Of a DNA stretch of 64,000 bases, positions 13,093 to 25,000 are shown in pieces (position 1 is the stretch's first letter; every line of letters starts with the position of its first letter). The notes under the pieces were generated by a model, which had not been told where the DNA came from, made no database searches, and worked only from the letters and a program-made list of their open reading frames with translations. The stretch spans positions 4,872,760-4,936,759 of the forward strand of contig CM082576.2 of NCBI GenBank assembly GCA_040954595.2, given 5' to 3'. The DNA comes from Balanoglossus misakiensis. Lineage: Eukaryota > Animalia > Hemichordata. A program made the translations under genes and the position numbers.

Positions 13093-14399
13093 CTTATCAC
13101 GTTCGTCACTATAAGACTGTTGACTACTTTAACATGTCAGAACGCTATACACCAGCACGCATCAATGCGGATGAACTGATCGATACCTTGACGCAGCGGG
13201 AAAACTATTAAGCCAGTCTTGTTTCAATAGGTTTCTGCGACTTTACTTTTAATATCAATATCCCATAGCCAAGTATAAGACGTGTTATAATTCTCGGAAT
13301 AAACAAATTGTCAATCCAAATTGATGGGAAAAAATCGTTACGATCGACCGACTCTGCAGTTAAGGTAGCTTGTGGGGTTTTGATAGCATATTTTCATCGC
13401 AAATTTGTTAGTCAAACAATATTCTTAAACCAAGGACGTATATGTAAATGAAAAGCTCTTTAATGGGTTTTATTTCTATATATCTATGTTTGTATGCGTC
13501 CTGAAATGACTGATTTTAGGGGAAAAAAGAACACTTTTGAAAAGAAGAACTATCGATCCGAACACCTACTAGTATACAAAACGGATCTTGAAAATTCAGG
13601 CGAGTAAGACAGAACGATGACATCAAATGAACATCAAATACAAAGCCAAAAACTGAAACTAAAACAAAAACCAATTGTGACAAAAGTAAACATGAAATAA
13701 AAAGCATGCACGTTCACGACCGCCTGCGTTTGCTGCTAATATCACATATAGGCCTAATCCGCGTGTGTTGTGGATCAAAAGAATTAATAACCCGATGCAG
13801 TACTATAAAACACCGTTTCGAACATCTCGGCTAAATGCAAAGCTGGATTTGTTGGTCCTTATACTATTCCAGGGAGCGACTATTTGATTTTGAATGAAAT
13901 GTACGTATAGCACCGGTTTATTTTCAGTGCTGTTTTTATCGGAACTGAGACGAAAGTGAATAGCGGATGGCATAGCACACTGCTATCCATGCATAGAATA
14001 TAGCCTAGAAATACATTTATACACGCAATTCAGGTCAAGCATAATCAAGAAAAATGGGTTATTAATCGACGTTTTAGCCTATTCACGTCGAACCATTGCG
14101 CCAACTTTCGAAGACCTGAAAGTGCCAATTAAACGAAGAAATTTACTCACATTTCAAAATTCCTGGATTTCTATAGGGGGAAGTCTGGCCCGAAAATGAC
14201 ACATAATCGACTATAGGTCTACAGTTCTTACTGAGGTAAATATTATTCTGTAAAAAAATACCTTCCATGCGTCATAGTTATATGGTTGGTCGATTTCACA
14301 TGAATAGCAAAGATAAATCCAATGACGTTTTTGTTCAAACTATGAAAATGATAGAAAGTGTAATTTTGGTGATAAAGTATCATGATATAGTATTCCTAC

Positions 14400-14671
14400 C
14401 CTCTGAAGTTAACAGGTTGTAAACAGTATTGTTGAAGGTTTGAGATAAAACATTTACTTTACGAGTATAAGAATGCCGTCTTCTTTTAACATGTCAGAAC
14501 ATTTAATAAGAGTTTATAGGTCCGGAAACGAGAAAGATCAATGTAGTCGAACAGATCGATGTCGTCATACAACGAGAAAACTAAGGGTTCTCTACGTTTT
14601 TGCTTCAGTTATTAATAATCTCGGGAAACCAACAACTTGTTTTTCCACATTCATGTAAAACAATCGTTACG
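14400..14671 (-). pseudogene. Relic third copy of the CUB-mucin gene promoter and signal-peptide exon
   Basis: 14466-14503 and 14608-14671 align with 13110-13146 and 13284-13342 upstream of paralog 1. 14453-14400 reads MFYLKPSTILFTTC*LQR followed by a GT donor, colinear with exon 1 of both paralogs but with an in-frame TAA. Confidence 0.55.
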
Positions 14672-14777
14672 CCCTGATAATAAAAATCCTAAAAAATCGT
14701 TATTTAATGAGCTTTCGTAATTAGTGATATATATATCAGAAATTACGATCACATATTGAAGAGCTGGGCGATTTCTA

Positions 14778-17393
14778 TTAACGTTTTCCGCTGAAATACA
14801 AGAACCCAATTCGAGTGTAAAGTTGTCCCTCCTCGAAGTCTTGGCTGAAGATCTCACAAAGACTCGGCAGCACGCCGGCGGCTTCGAAATTGAAACTTCG
14901 ACATTCCTGGGTCGACAAACACAGGTGTGCACACTGAAAGACTGTGTCGACCTGAAAACTTTCCAACAATGATGATGAATCCATTGCGGCCTGGTTGTCG
15001 CCACCTACGGCGTAAAATAGCGCAGAAGAAAACGTGGATCCTCGCAGAATGTTGGCTGGCGTTGTTTGGGTTGGCTCGGTGACAGTTGTGGATGCAGGTG
15101 CTGTTGTTGACAGACTTGCCGTCGTCGTCGTCACTATTGTTGACGGTGCTGTGGTTAACATGGTCGTTGTATCTGCTGTTGTTGTTGTTGTTGTTGCTGT
15201 TGAAGTGCTGCAGTCAACATTTAATTCAGGAATGAGACCTGATGGTTGAAAACAAAAACAGTAAAAGGTAGGGTCATTAAAAACCGCCACCCACGAGTGA
15301 CCGTTGCCCACATGCAAACCATGACGGCTTGCCCGAAGATGTGACAGGCGACCATTTATTGGACGTGATAAAGAAAATCATCAGAAACAACAAACTAAAA
15401 GTAAAAGGGAAATCTGCCACTTACCTCTAGTTACATAGTAAGCTCGAAATCCCATTAAATTGACGAGCTGGTCCGTTTTAAAGTTCACAAACATATAATT
15501 GGCAGAACTGATTAAATCCTGTGGAAGCGTTGAACCTGTCAATTCGCCTAGCAATGGATAAGTATCGTTTGGGCCATCATAGACAAAGACTTTGTCGTAC
15601 CCGTCTTCGCATTCGAACTGGCAGAAGGATAACTGGATTGTCTGTGAGTTGGTGGAAAGTAGTAAATAAAATGACATTTCTGATATCTTTGGAGACAGCA
15701 CATTTTGGATACTGTTTACCCGATTGCAAGCTTGCATGTTGAGGTCTGGCTATATGATGTGTTTGATGACTCACACCACGTGTTAGTCTGTCGTACGTCT
15801 TCTACACTGTGTAAGCGATAGTGACCGTGGATACAATGACAAATGAAGTCCAATGTATTCGAATCTGCAAATCCCCACCAATAGGCCTAAGCATGTCTGC
15901 AGTTTGTAGCACGGGCCCTAAGTTTGTGGTTTATAGACGGCAGACGACCCATCCCTCTATCCACATACATTGTACTGTCCTTCTAAACCTTACTACACAT
16001 CTTTCGATTAGGCCTACTACTATACCCTGTCTCGTCCAAATTTTACTTACCAGCCCAGTGGCGACGCTAATTTGCCAGTTGCAAGTACTCCAGCCACTGT
16101 AAATGTCGGGGAAATTCATACTAGCGATGAAACCAAACAAGCCAGTTTGATAGCGAGATGAACCACACCCCGACGCCGATCCTACGAAGAGGGAGAATGG
16201 ATAAGAAATTGTTTCAGATTTTAAATTCAAAATGGCCGCCAATCTCTGCGTTATCTCCGTGGAGATAAACTATATAGAAGTGATGTTTATGAAAACAAGT
16301 CTGTTGACAAAAACCCAAGACTCAAACATCTGTCATCATAGAAAGATGAACTCCCTGTGCTGAGCTGGTACCTCGAATTTTGAAATAAGCCTTAAATCCT
16401 GACTTTCTCATGGATGAGTCTGATGAAAACGTCACGAATAACTTGTTGTCGGTGCTGAACACATTGCCTGGCACAGCTGAGGTACCCTTGTACATTCCTA
16501 CGTTGGTTGCAGAGGCATCGTCGCCATCAAATACTTCCACCACGTCACAACATGACTCGGTTGCAAAACTACTGAACGTCAGATACACCTCCTGTTTGAA
16601 ATCAAAACAGAAAAACAGTTAAAAATCCGGAAGACACGCAATAAGAAACGGGATGGCTAATATAGTGATGTCAGAATTCGTGGAAAATGTTATTTTTCCC
16701 TGGCGTTTGCTTGACTTCAACGTGTGCGAGCTTTGTTTCTGTGGGGAGGCAGTGCAATGCTCCGCATCTAACGTAAGTCCGAGAACGAAAAAGACAAAAT
16801 GCAAAATAACCACACTCAAAATTCTTCCACAAATTTAGCAGTTCCAATAGGAAGCTATATCGTCACCTATGCAAAATGAAATGAAAGCATATCGTAGTAC
16901 CCATGATACCACAAACACTACATGAAGAATTAATATAAATTGCAGACTCTATATACCTCTCCGTCAGGAACTTTTAACAGCCATTCACATGACAATTGGT
17001 TGTCGTAATTGTTCGGGTAGTTTTTACTCCAGAAAGTACCATTATCTTTCAGGTTTCTGGGACTGTCACAACCGGAGTCATGAACCGGGTCTGTCAAGTA
17101 AACAGAAAAATTGTGTTGTGTTAGTTGAACTGTAAAAGTTTTACATCATTTCGGAAATTACATTTTAGACAATCGCGAACAGGTTCTATTATTGAGTCAA
17201 AATTTTGACATTTCCCAAACTTGATTGGTCTATCGGATTCAATGAAAACCTCCAAAGGAGATATTTTTCGATTTCATAACGGTTGCTCGAAAAAATGTGA
17301 AAATGAAGACCTGTAAGCTTATTTCTTACCGAGAACAGCTGTCCGAAGAACACAAACTGTGAACATCGCCATTGTAAGTTTTCGCTCGGCCAT
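14778..17393 (-). CDS. Secreted CUB-CUB-short Thr linker-PAN/Apple protein, paralog 2 (~408 aa)
   Basis: Exons 17393-17330, 17090-16957, 16591-16372, 16181-16051, 15641-15425, 15238-14778. Intron phases match paralog 1, and exon lengths 64/220/131/217 are identical. Confidence 0.85.
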
Positions 17394-18937
17394 CTTGTCG
17401 TTCTCGTCTCCATAAAACGACAGCCTTATTTTGCATGTTCAGAAAGTTATATACACGAGGAACTGACAAAAATCAATGTAAATCAATGAAGTATCGCGAA
17501 AACCAAAAGTGACGTCTGGGGGTCCTCTGCGGTTTTGCCTTAAATATCAATAGTCTTGAGAAGTAAATGTGTGCTGTACTATAATAGTAGATCCCTGAAT
17601 CAACAACTTATATGAAACCAAATTCACGATAATCGTTGAGATCCTCAGACTCTGAAATTAATTAGTTGCGTAATTTAACAGACTTAATCGATATTGCGTA
17701 AGATTACATGGATTAATTCATCAAAAATATCTGGAAGGGTTGTTTATTTTACGTTACAGTCGGCCTTCAGTTTTGTTGTCGGTGGGGTTTTTTTTCTTGG
17801 TAGTAGCTAAACAAAATGGTTAAGTTGATGTTGTGTTGTGCTTGGCTGTGTTGCACTGTGATGTGCTGTGTGTGAAAATTGTGAAATTCGGAAATTGGAT
17901 TTTACTGTAGTTATACTGTAATGTTATGTTAAGTTATCGAGCAATGTGCCAGGTTGAGTCGGACTATCGATTCTGTGTTCATAGAATAATTTACATGAAA
18001 ACAGTGCGCTTGTACTTTTCAGCGGACAGGTGGGCGAAAGGACAGACATGCAAGATACAGTCAGACAAGTATGAGACATACAAACACACGCACACACACA
18101 CATACACAAGCATGCAGGTGTGTGGTTGGACAGAACCGACGGCACTTTAACATTTACATGAAACGATACTCGAATTAGAGGTTTTTATCTCATCACGTGA
18201 CGTGGCGTCGCCCCGTAAATGCAATTTATGAAAGGCACCTTCGATCAAGCAATCATACTCGGTGGGGGGCATTTCAACTTCCACATTTTCTGCGCGACAT
18301 TGATTTCTTTATGCAAACAAGGGAGGAGTTAATTTGAGACTAAAACTGAAAATAACAGAACTATTCACATCTTTTATACAAATTCCACTGAAAGTAATTT
18401 AATGCGTCATTTTTCAGACGACTGCATCACTTATCGAATTGGCGAATATTGTTTTGCAGTAATGTTTACTTTGAAGTGGTTTCTGAAAATATCTTACTGT
18501 ATCAATGTGTCTAGTCATATCGACTGGATGATTAGCTTTTTAAAATTCACTACGATGGTGATTATGTCCAGCGAAGGTTCTTCTTTTGGCATTGTGCTCA
18601 ACATAAATATTAAGTCCCCGCGGACTGAATCCAGGACACCTATTTCGATGTTCGTGCGCCACTGAGTGAAATTACCATTTTTCAAGCCTGGCTCAGAAAG
18701 TGTGACTCGTACAGTACTACACGTGGAGAAATATTTATTTTGTTTTGAAAGATTTTATTTGCGAGTGACTTTAATACAGTGTCATGCAATTAAGATAAAT
18801 TTAAATTATATAAACAACACTGTGTCGTTCTTCCACATTCCAAATGTCAGCACGTCGCTGGTATATAGCTGCTCGTAAACTGGTCTTGCCTTCCAACGAT
18901 GCCCAAGTTTCCATCAATATTCTCGGGAGTGGAATTA

Positions 18938-19995
18938 TCAGCACACTGGTTCAGGAGTAAAACAATAAAATAAATTATTGAATTTAACATGCAGCTAAGA
19001 ATAAATATGCAAAAAAAAAAAAAAAACGGTGTGAAAATGAACCTTCCCTGCAATGATATTGGTGTTCAGTGGTGACAGGATTAAGGAATTTCATGCTTGG
19101 GTCTTGACCCACTCATAATCTTTCAAGTTACGCCGGAGATCAGCCAAATGCCGTTGATGGTTAGGAATTACTTACAGCTGTACTGGCAGAGGAACGGTCT
19201 TCGTAACTGACAATAACCATCATCCCATCGCCAATTCTGCGCCTTCCTGTGTGAAAAGATTGAACACGGCTGTCATCGTTTTGACAGTATAATCACCAAC
19301 TCGAAGTCATTACTTATAAGATGAGACACAGTCCCTCTTTCTTGAGGGACTGTGGATGAGATAAGACTCTTTGTGAAAATACTACATTTGTTGGGATCTT
19401 TCAACAGTTGTTAGTATTATGAGCACTGCGTTGTAAGTAGTACATAATCATAAAACGTTTCTTCCCCATTTACATTGTAGGCCCACTTACCACAATGCTC
19501 CACAATCCTGTCCGTTAGGGTTTCTCTTGACGTTGTTGTTTGGCTCGCCAGTTGCCCAAAAATGGTAATCACCGGCCAATAAAGTCGAACCATCCTCCCA
19601 AACGAATGCGCCTTCCTCCTCGTGGTCACTCAGCCCGATCCAAACACTCTTGACGCCTCTGCCTGCAGTTTCATCCAGGTGCGCAGAAATTGCCTCTTGC
19701 AGCTGCCTGCCTGGAATGGTGGCTAGCTCGCCGCCGCCCTCTCCGCACACTTCCCTCGCCTCTTGCCAGGGTTTCGGGGTTTCCACAAACTCATATCGGT
19801 ACCCAGAACACACGACTGCCAAAATATGTATGAAAATAGCCACATTATATGTGAGGAATTTTGACTCTTGAAATAAATAAGTAAATAAAAATGTCAACTT
19901 TTCCAATTTTTGTAAAAGAAAAGAGTTCCATACGTACATCCAGATGACACACCGAATAGACCAAAAGCCAAAATAAGTGCCGTTAACAAAACCAT
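18938..19995 (-). CDS. Secreted single-domain C-type lectin (EPN/WDD motifs, ~153 aa)
   Basis: Exons 19995-19938 (signal MVLLTALILAFGLFGVSSG), 19815-19491 (WQEAREVC..LATI..VWIGLSD..EGAFVWEDG..WATGEPNN..DC), 19246-19176 (WRWDDGYC..PFLCQ) and 18945-18938 (LC, then TGA TAA). The last exon is less certain. Confidence 0.85.
19327..19354. repeat. Perfect 11-bp inverted repeat with 6-nt loop in a lectin intron
   Basis: cacagtccctc-tttctt-gagggactgtg. Confidence 0.8.
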
Positions 19996-22021
19996 GGTTG
20001 TCTTCCCAGCGCAGCTTTCCCTGACTATGACAATATGCCAAAGTCGAAAGATTTCACAGCATTATATAGTTTGATTCTGACTGACAAACTATCAACAGCT
20101 TATCCAATAATTATGATTGAACGTCAATTTCTGAATATTGATGTTTGGTCGGCGTTGTCATTAAAATAATAACTGGTAAACTGCTGAGTTTTATAATTTC
20201 TTTATATATGATATCGCAGCATTTGTGTTGTCGTTTTCAGTTGCAAATATCGATTGTTACACGACTAAATTGAGGTCGTTCGTAATTTGCTGAGGGTCGC
20301 TTTGGTAAGGTCAAAGAAACCATCGGTAACTCTGTGAAACTGGTCTAGTAGAACTTAGTCCATGCAGGGTGGGGGGTTAATTTGTCATGTTTTAGTCAAA
20401 CTCATACCAACTCCAAAGTCAGAAGAGTAAAACTCCATAACTTTGGGCGCACAGTTCAATTTTGAGGAGAGTACTAGTTGCTGTTCTTGGACATTATTCT
20501 GGACATTTTTTGTCTTACTTGATAAATTACTAGTAAGTATTCCTTTTCAAAGCGTAATCAGCCGGCTCAGTAGCTCTGGTGACTTAATTGTTACATAAAC
20601 AGAGTCGTTCCCACTTCCTGACTGTAAATGTTTTTATGGTGGTAATCATTTGAAATTTACTGCGATCTCTGGAGAGTAAATATTTGTATTTACCCTTCAA
20701 AGCCTCAGTTGTACGCCAATTGTAAGTTGATGAAGGGAGATTGAATTAACAATTAGATAATTGCAACAGGAAGAGCTTGGTGTTCCCAAATTAGAATAAT
20801 AGTTCTCAGCTGTCAATCAATGACAAAACTGCAGCTCACTGATCAACTGATCAGGAATTTCTGGTGAACAATACAAATAGACTAAGGGCCAGTATGTTTA
20901 GTTGCCGCTTCACTCTTATTATGTACTAGTATATATGATCTGATCACCATGTTTAGTATGCTACCAACACACCAATTTTAGAGCTCTAGCCAATGAAAGT
21001 TCAGAATAAATATTAATGTAGTCCAGGGTCTGTGTTTGCAATTGCAAAATTTACACCCATTGACAGGAAATTATATTTTTATTGCTAATTTTATCACTGG
21101 CTACATTAATGGAAGAAGGTCTTCAGTTACAATGTCAACCAGTAAACTTATTATTAAATGAATTAATTTGCAGCATCACTGGATTGACCATAAAAGTTTC
21201 TGGTCAATTTCATTCTCATCTACTTTTTTAGGATGACCACCGCAAAGCAACAGCATTACCACCACAACTGGGTCAGTCTAGTTGAACACATGGATTTCCA
21301 ATAAAACACCCAATCAGATATATATATTTTCAATACTTTATTGCTGATAGTCACAGACATACAGGTAAAATATTAAAACAGCTGCAACAAAAAACACCTT
21401 GCAAAAAGTACTTGTAAAAAGAGCCTGACCTACCATTACCAGTTAGCAGTACTTTTACATTTAATCTCAAAACACACAATGTGAAATCACGGAAAAGACA
21501 TATATTTCCTGTACTCGGTATTCTTGGGGGGAGAGAGAGCAGTATTGCAGGTTTCACAAAATTCAATCAATGGTCAAGTTCTCAACTTGTGGCAATTTTG
21601 GATTTTAGTGTTGAGTAAAGAGGTGATGTGTTGAAGAAAACAACTAACAACAACCTTGTTAAAAGTCATCTTAACAAAATGTGATTTATGAATATTTAGA
21701 AATACATGTAATGACATACATGTAATTCTTTTCTATCCATGAGAATTTCTCTGTTTCTTTTATTTTACCCCTTAAATTGCCACATCCCATTTGATTTCAA
21801 TACAGTAAAATCAGTGTGAATTCTTAAACAAGACTCTACCTCCCCCCAAAGCTACAATAAGAACTCTTTTTTCATCACATAATTAATCACTGATAAAACA
21901 GTGGTATTCTTAAATCTCAATTAACCTACCTACAATTTCTGACGATAATAAATTATCAATTTTAAACTTGAAATAGTCACTGTAAATCAAGATTAGGTAA
22001 AGATAATAAAACAGTCACTGT

Positions 22022-25000
22022 TTAGTCATTTTTCTTTTCCTCTTCGGGTTTTGGCGACTGGGAATCCGTGTTTTCCTCAATGGCCTGGGGGGCATCTCCA
22101 TTTCCCACAGTGCCCTCGCCCTCCGGACCAACTCCATGCATTTCGCCGCTGGTGCCAAATTCATTGAGACGCTTGTGATCAACTGGGTAGATCCATCGCT
22201 GATACAAGTAGATCATAAATATGACATCTGAAAGAGTGAACAGAAACAGTTGTCAGCTTTGACTTTGGCTTTGAAGTCTACCAAAGAAACTTCACGAGGA
22301 CTGGTACTTGTTATCAAATCACATCTTGCGGAATGTTAAACGAATGAGCAACATACAGCAGATAAATCGAGTGACTTTGTTGTAGGCACCTGAAAAGGGC
22401 CAGTTGCCACAGCAACAAAGAAAAAATTCTCAGTATCTTACCATCTCTGAAACATCCAATCCGATAGAGAGTTGGCATTTGAATGACAAATGCAAAGATG
22501 TCGTCAATAAACGTGTTGAGTGCCTTGTATGTCATCATACGCCACGGAAGGTGGGCCACTGACTTCAGCTTGTAGTTAATAAATAATTGCGGAGTCATCA
22601 TGATGAACCCTGGGAGATGAAAAATGAGTAAAAATGGTCAGATTGTGTGTACACATACTCTATGTTTGTGTTTTGGCATAAAACTGAAAGAACTTGCACA
22701 CAGTCGTATCTGCAACCAGCTCAGGGGTAATATACTGTATCAGATCTTCATCAATCTAGGGGGATAACATGAGGAGTACTCAGCACCTTGGCACCCCAAC
22801 AAGTCAATTTCTGTCCCCTACAGAACGTCATTCTAAAACCTTGTTGCCCCCTGTCTGTCAACAACACACATGCAAGTCTCTGTGTTATCATCAAGAATGA
22901 TTGTTGTTACTTTTGAAAGCAATGAGATAAACAAAACCTACAATGACATAGAGTGTACTCACCAAAGGTAAGGAGGAACCCGTACAACATGTTCAGGACC
23001 CAGGAGTACCATCCTTTGTGTTCCTGATAGACTAATGAATAGACAGCGAAGCCGCCCAGCAGTGGGAATAACAGCCATGACAGATACTTGAATGCAAGCT
23101 GTGTTAAAATAGAAAAGGAAATGATCTGGTCACATTCTGCAGAAATAAGATCAAAAAATTACAGCAGATTTCATGACTGATGTACAGTCTGAAATTTGTA
23201 ATAGATTGGGTTATCATTTTAAATGGTTTGACATTTAAAGAAATTCACGACTAAAATGTTACAAGTAAAATGCCACCAAGAGGTATGTATGGTGGTCACT
23301 GCAAATATTCTTACCGTGTCATACTGTCTTGTCGATGACTCTACATAGGTGTCTTTATCACTAAATTTTATTCGAGGTAAAAACCCAAATAAAAGATGTT
23401 CACGATCAACCTGCAAAGAAGTGAGAAATGAATTGTTAATGTGTGGATTTCATGATGGAGGTTTACCTCTTTACATGTAACTGTCCTTTGATGTCACATG
23501 ATGATGACTCAGAGGTCAATGGCGAAAATCTGTCGAGCACACAAGATTTTGATCCCTCACCTAGGTGGTCATATTCTATTTAAATTCAAGTAGCAAGAAT
23601 GGCACAAATACCTTGATAGACATGACTTTGGTGATCTTCCAGAAATCAATGAGTAGACCTATAAAACAGGATATCCTGACGACTGTGTTGGTTTCATTGT
23701 CCAATACGTACAAGACCACCACGGTCGACTGGAACACACCGAAAAACACCGACCTCACCGACAGACCCTCCAAAGACTGACGATTTTTCCAAAACTGAAT
23801 ATCTGAAATTGAGATTGGCTCGGTTAGAGTCGATTCACATGATTACGTTCTGGTTATATCTACTGTGTTGTGATATTAATTTAAATTTAGTCCCAAGGAG
23901 CATGTACTGTCACATGATACATTTTTCTAAAGTATTGTAAATAAATGTCTTACCATTTTTAAAGGCCAGGAACTCAAATATGCTGTGGACTATGGACACT
24001 ATGATGGTGAGACCCAGTAAGTACGGATTGGTTTCCAAAAATGCTTTCTGAAATGTCAGAGAAAACAGAATTAGAAAGAGTGTTGATGCATGACAACGGT
24101 CTCTGTAAAAGCAGGTCAAACTGAAATCATATTGGGAACAGCAGAGAAACAGAAAGCCTTACTTTCAGACTGTCTTGGTCATCTTCATCATCATCGACCA
24201 TGTCCTCTCCCAGGATCTGGGTCCATTGGTTTCTCATGCTCTGAGCTGCATACATTTGCCATTTGATCATAGATATAGGAGTGAAGGTCAAACTCAAGGG
24301 CAGCTTCCTGTGAAGGTCAAAACCATGGGTGATGTATATTATTAAGCGTGTGAAATTAAAGCTTTTTATGTAATAAATAAAACATCAACAATAGATGGCG
24401 CTCGTCACAAGGTAGACATGACTTTTGCCCATAGAGCAAGGTGAAATTTCCCCGCAGTCCTGATCGGACATAACCGATTGGAAATGCTAGAGTTCACAGT
24501 GCTGTGAATATTTCACAGTCCTCACACACACTGAAGATAAATCTTAAGCTGACAAACCCAAGCATTGGCTTAGAAAATAGACTTACGGAGTAGTTTCATT
24601 GATTGGCATGTAGTCACTGGCCATGTTCCAGTAGTCATTGATGTATATCACTGGATAGTAATCTCCTGATGGATGAAAGTCAATGTCTGAAACGATAGAT
24701 ATAAACAGACTTCATGAAAACACCATAGTCACCAGTAGTGGCTATAAATTACATTTTTAGAATACAGTATATTTTATTCATAACCATCCTTTCAATGGAG
24801 CTCCCTACTGAGCTGACTGTTTGAATTGAGAAAAATGTGACTGATGAATTAATTAGAATGTTCCCTCTTTAGAGGTCTAACTTTACCACAGAATACAATG
24901 GGTTTGGAATGAACCATGGTGGTGAAAGGGTTAAAAAGGGATATAATTCCTACATTTATCAAGAGGTGCCGGTATTGCTCCTAGTCTCCATGGTGTGTGA

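Noticed and set aside
18935-18945. Cys-TGA at the lectin C-terminus as possible selenocysteine
   Set aside because: TGA is followed immediately by TAA, which fits ordinary tandem stops. I identified no SECIS, although this was not computationally searched.
19487-20041. 184-aa ORF as the lectin N-terminus
   Set aside because: Its first ~75 codons run through intron and an off-frame exon. The real signal peptide is in exon 19995-19938.
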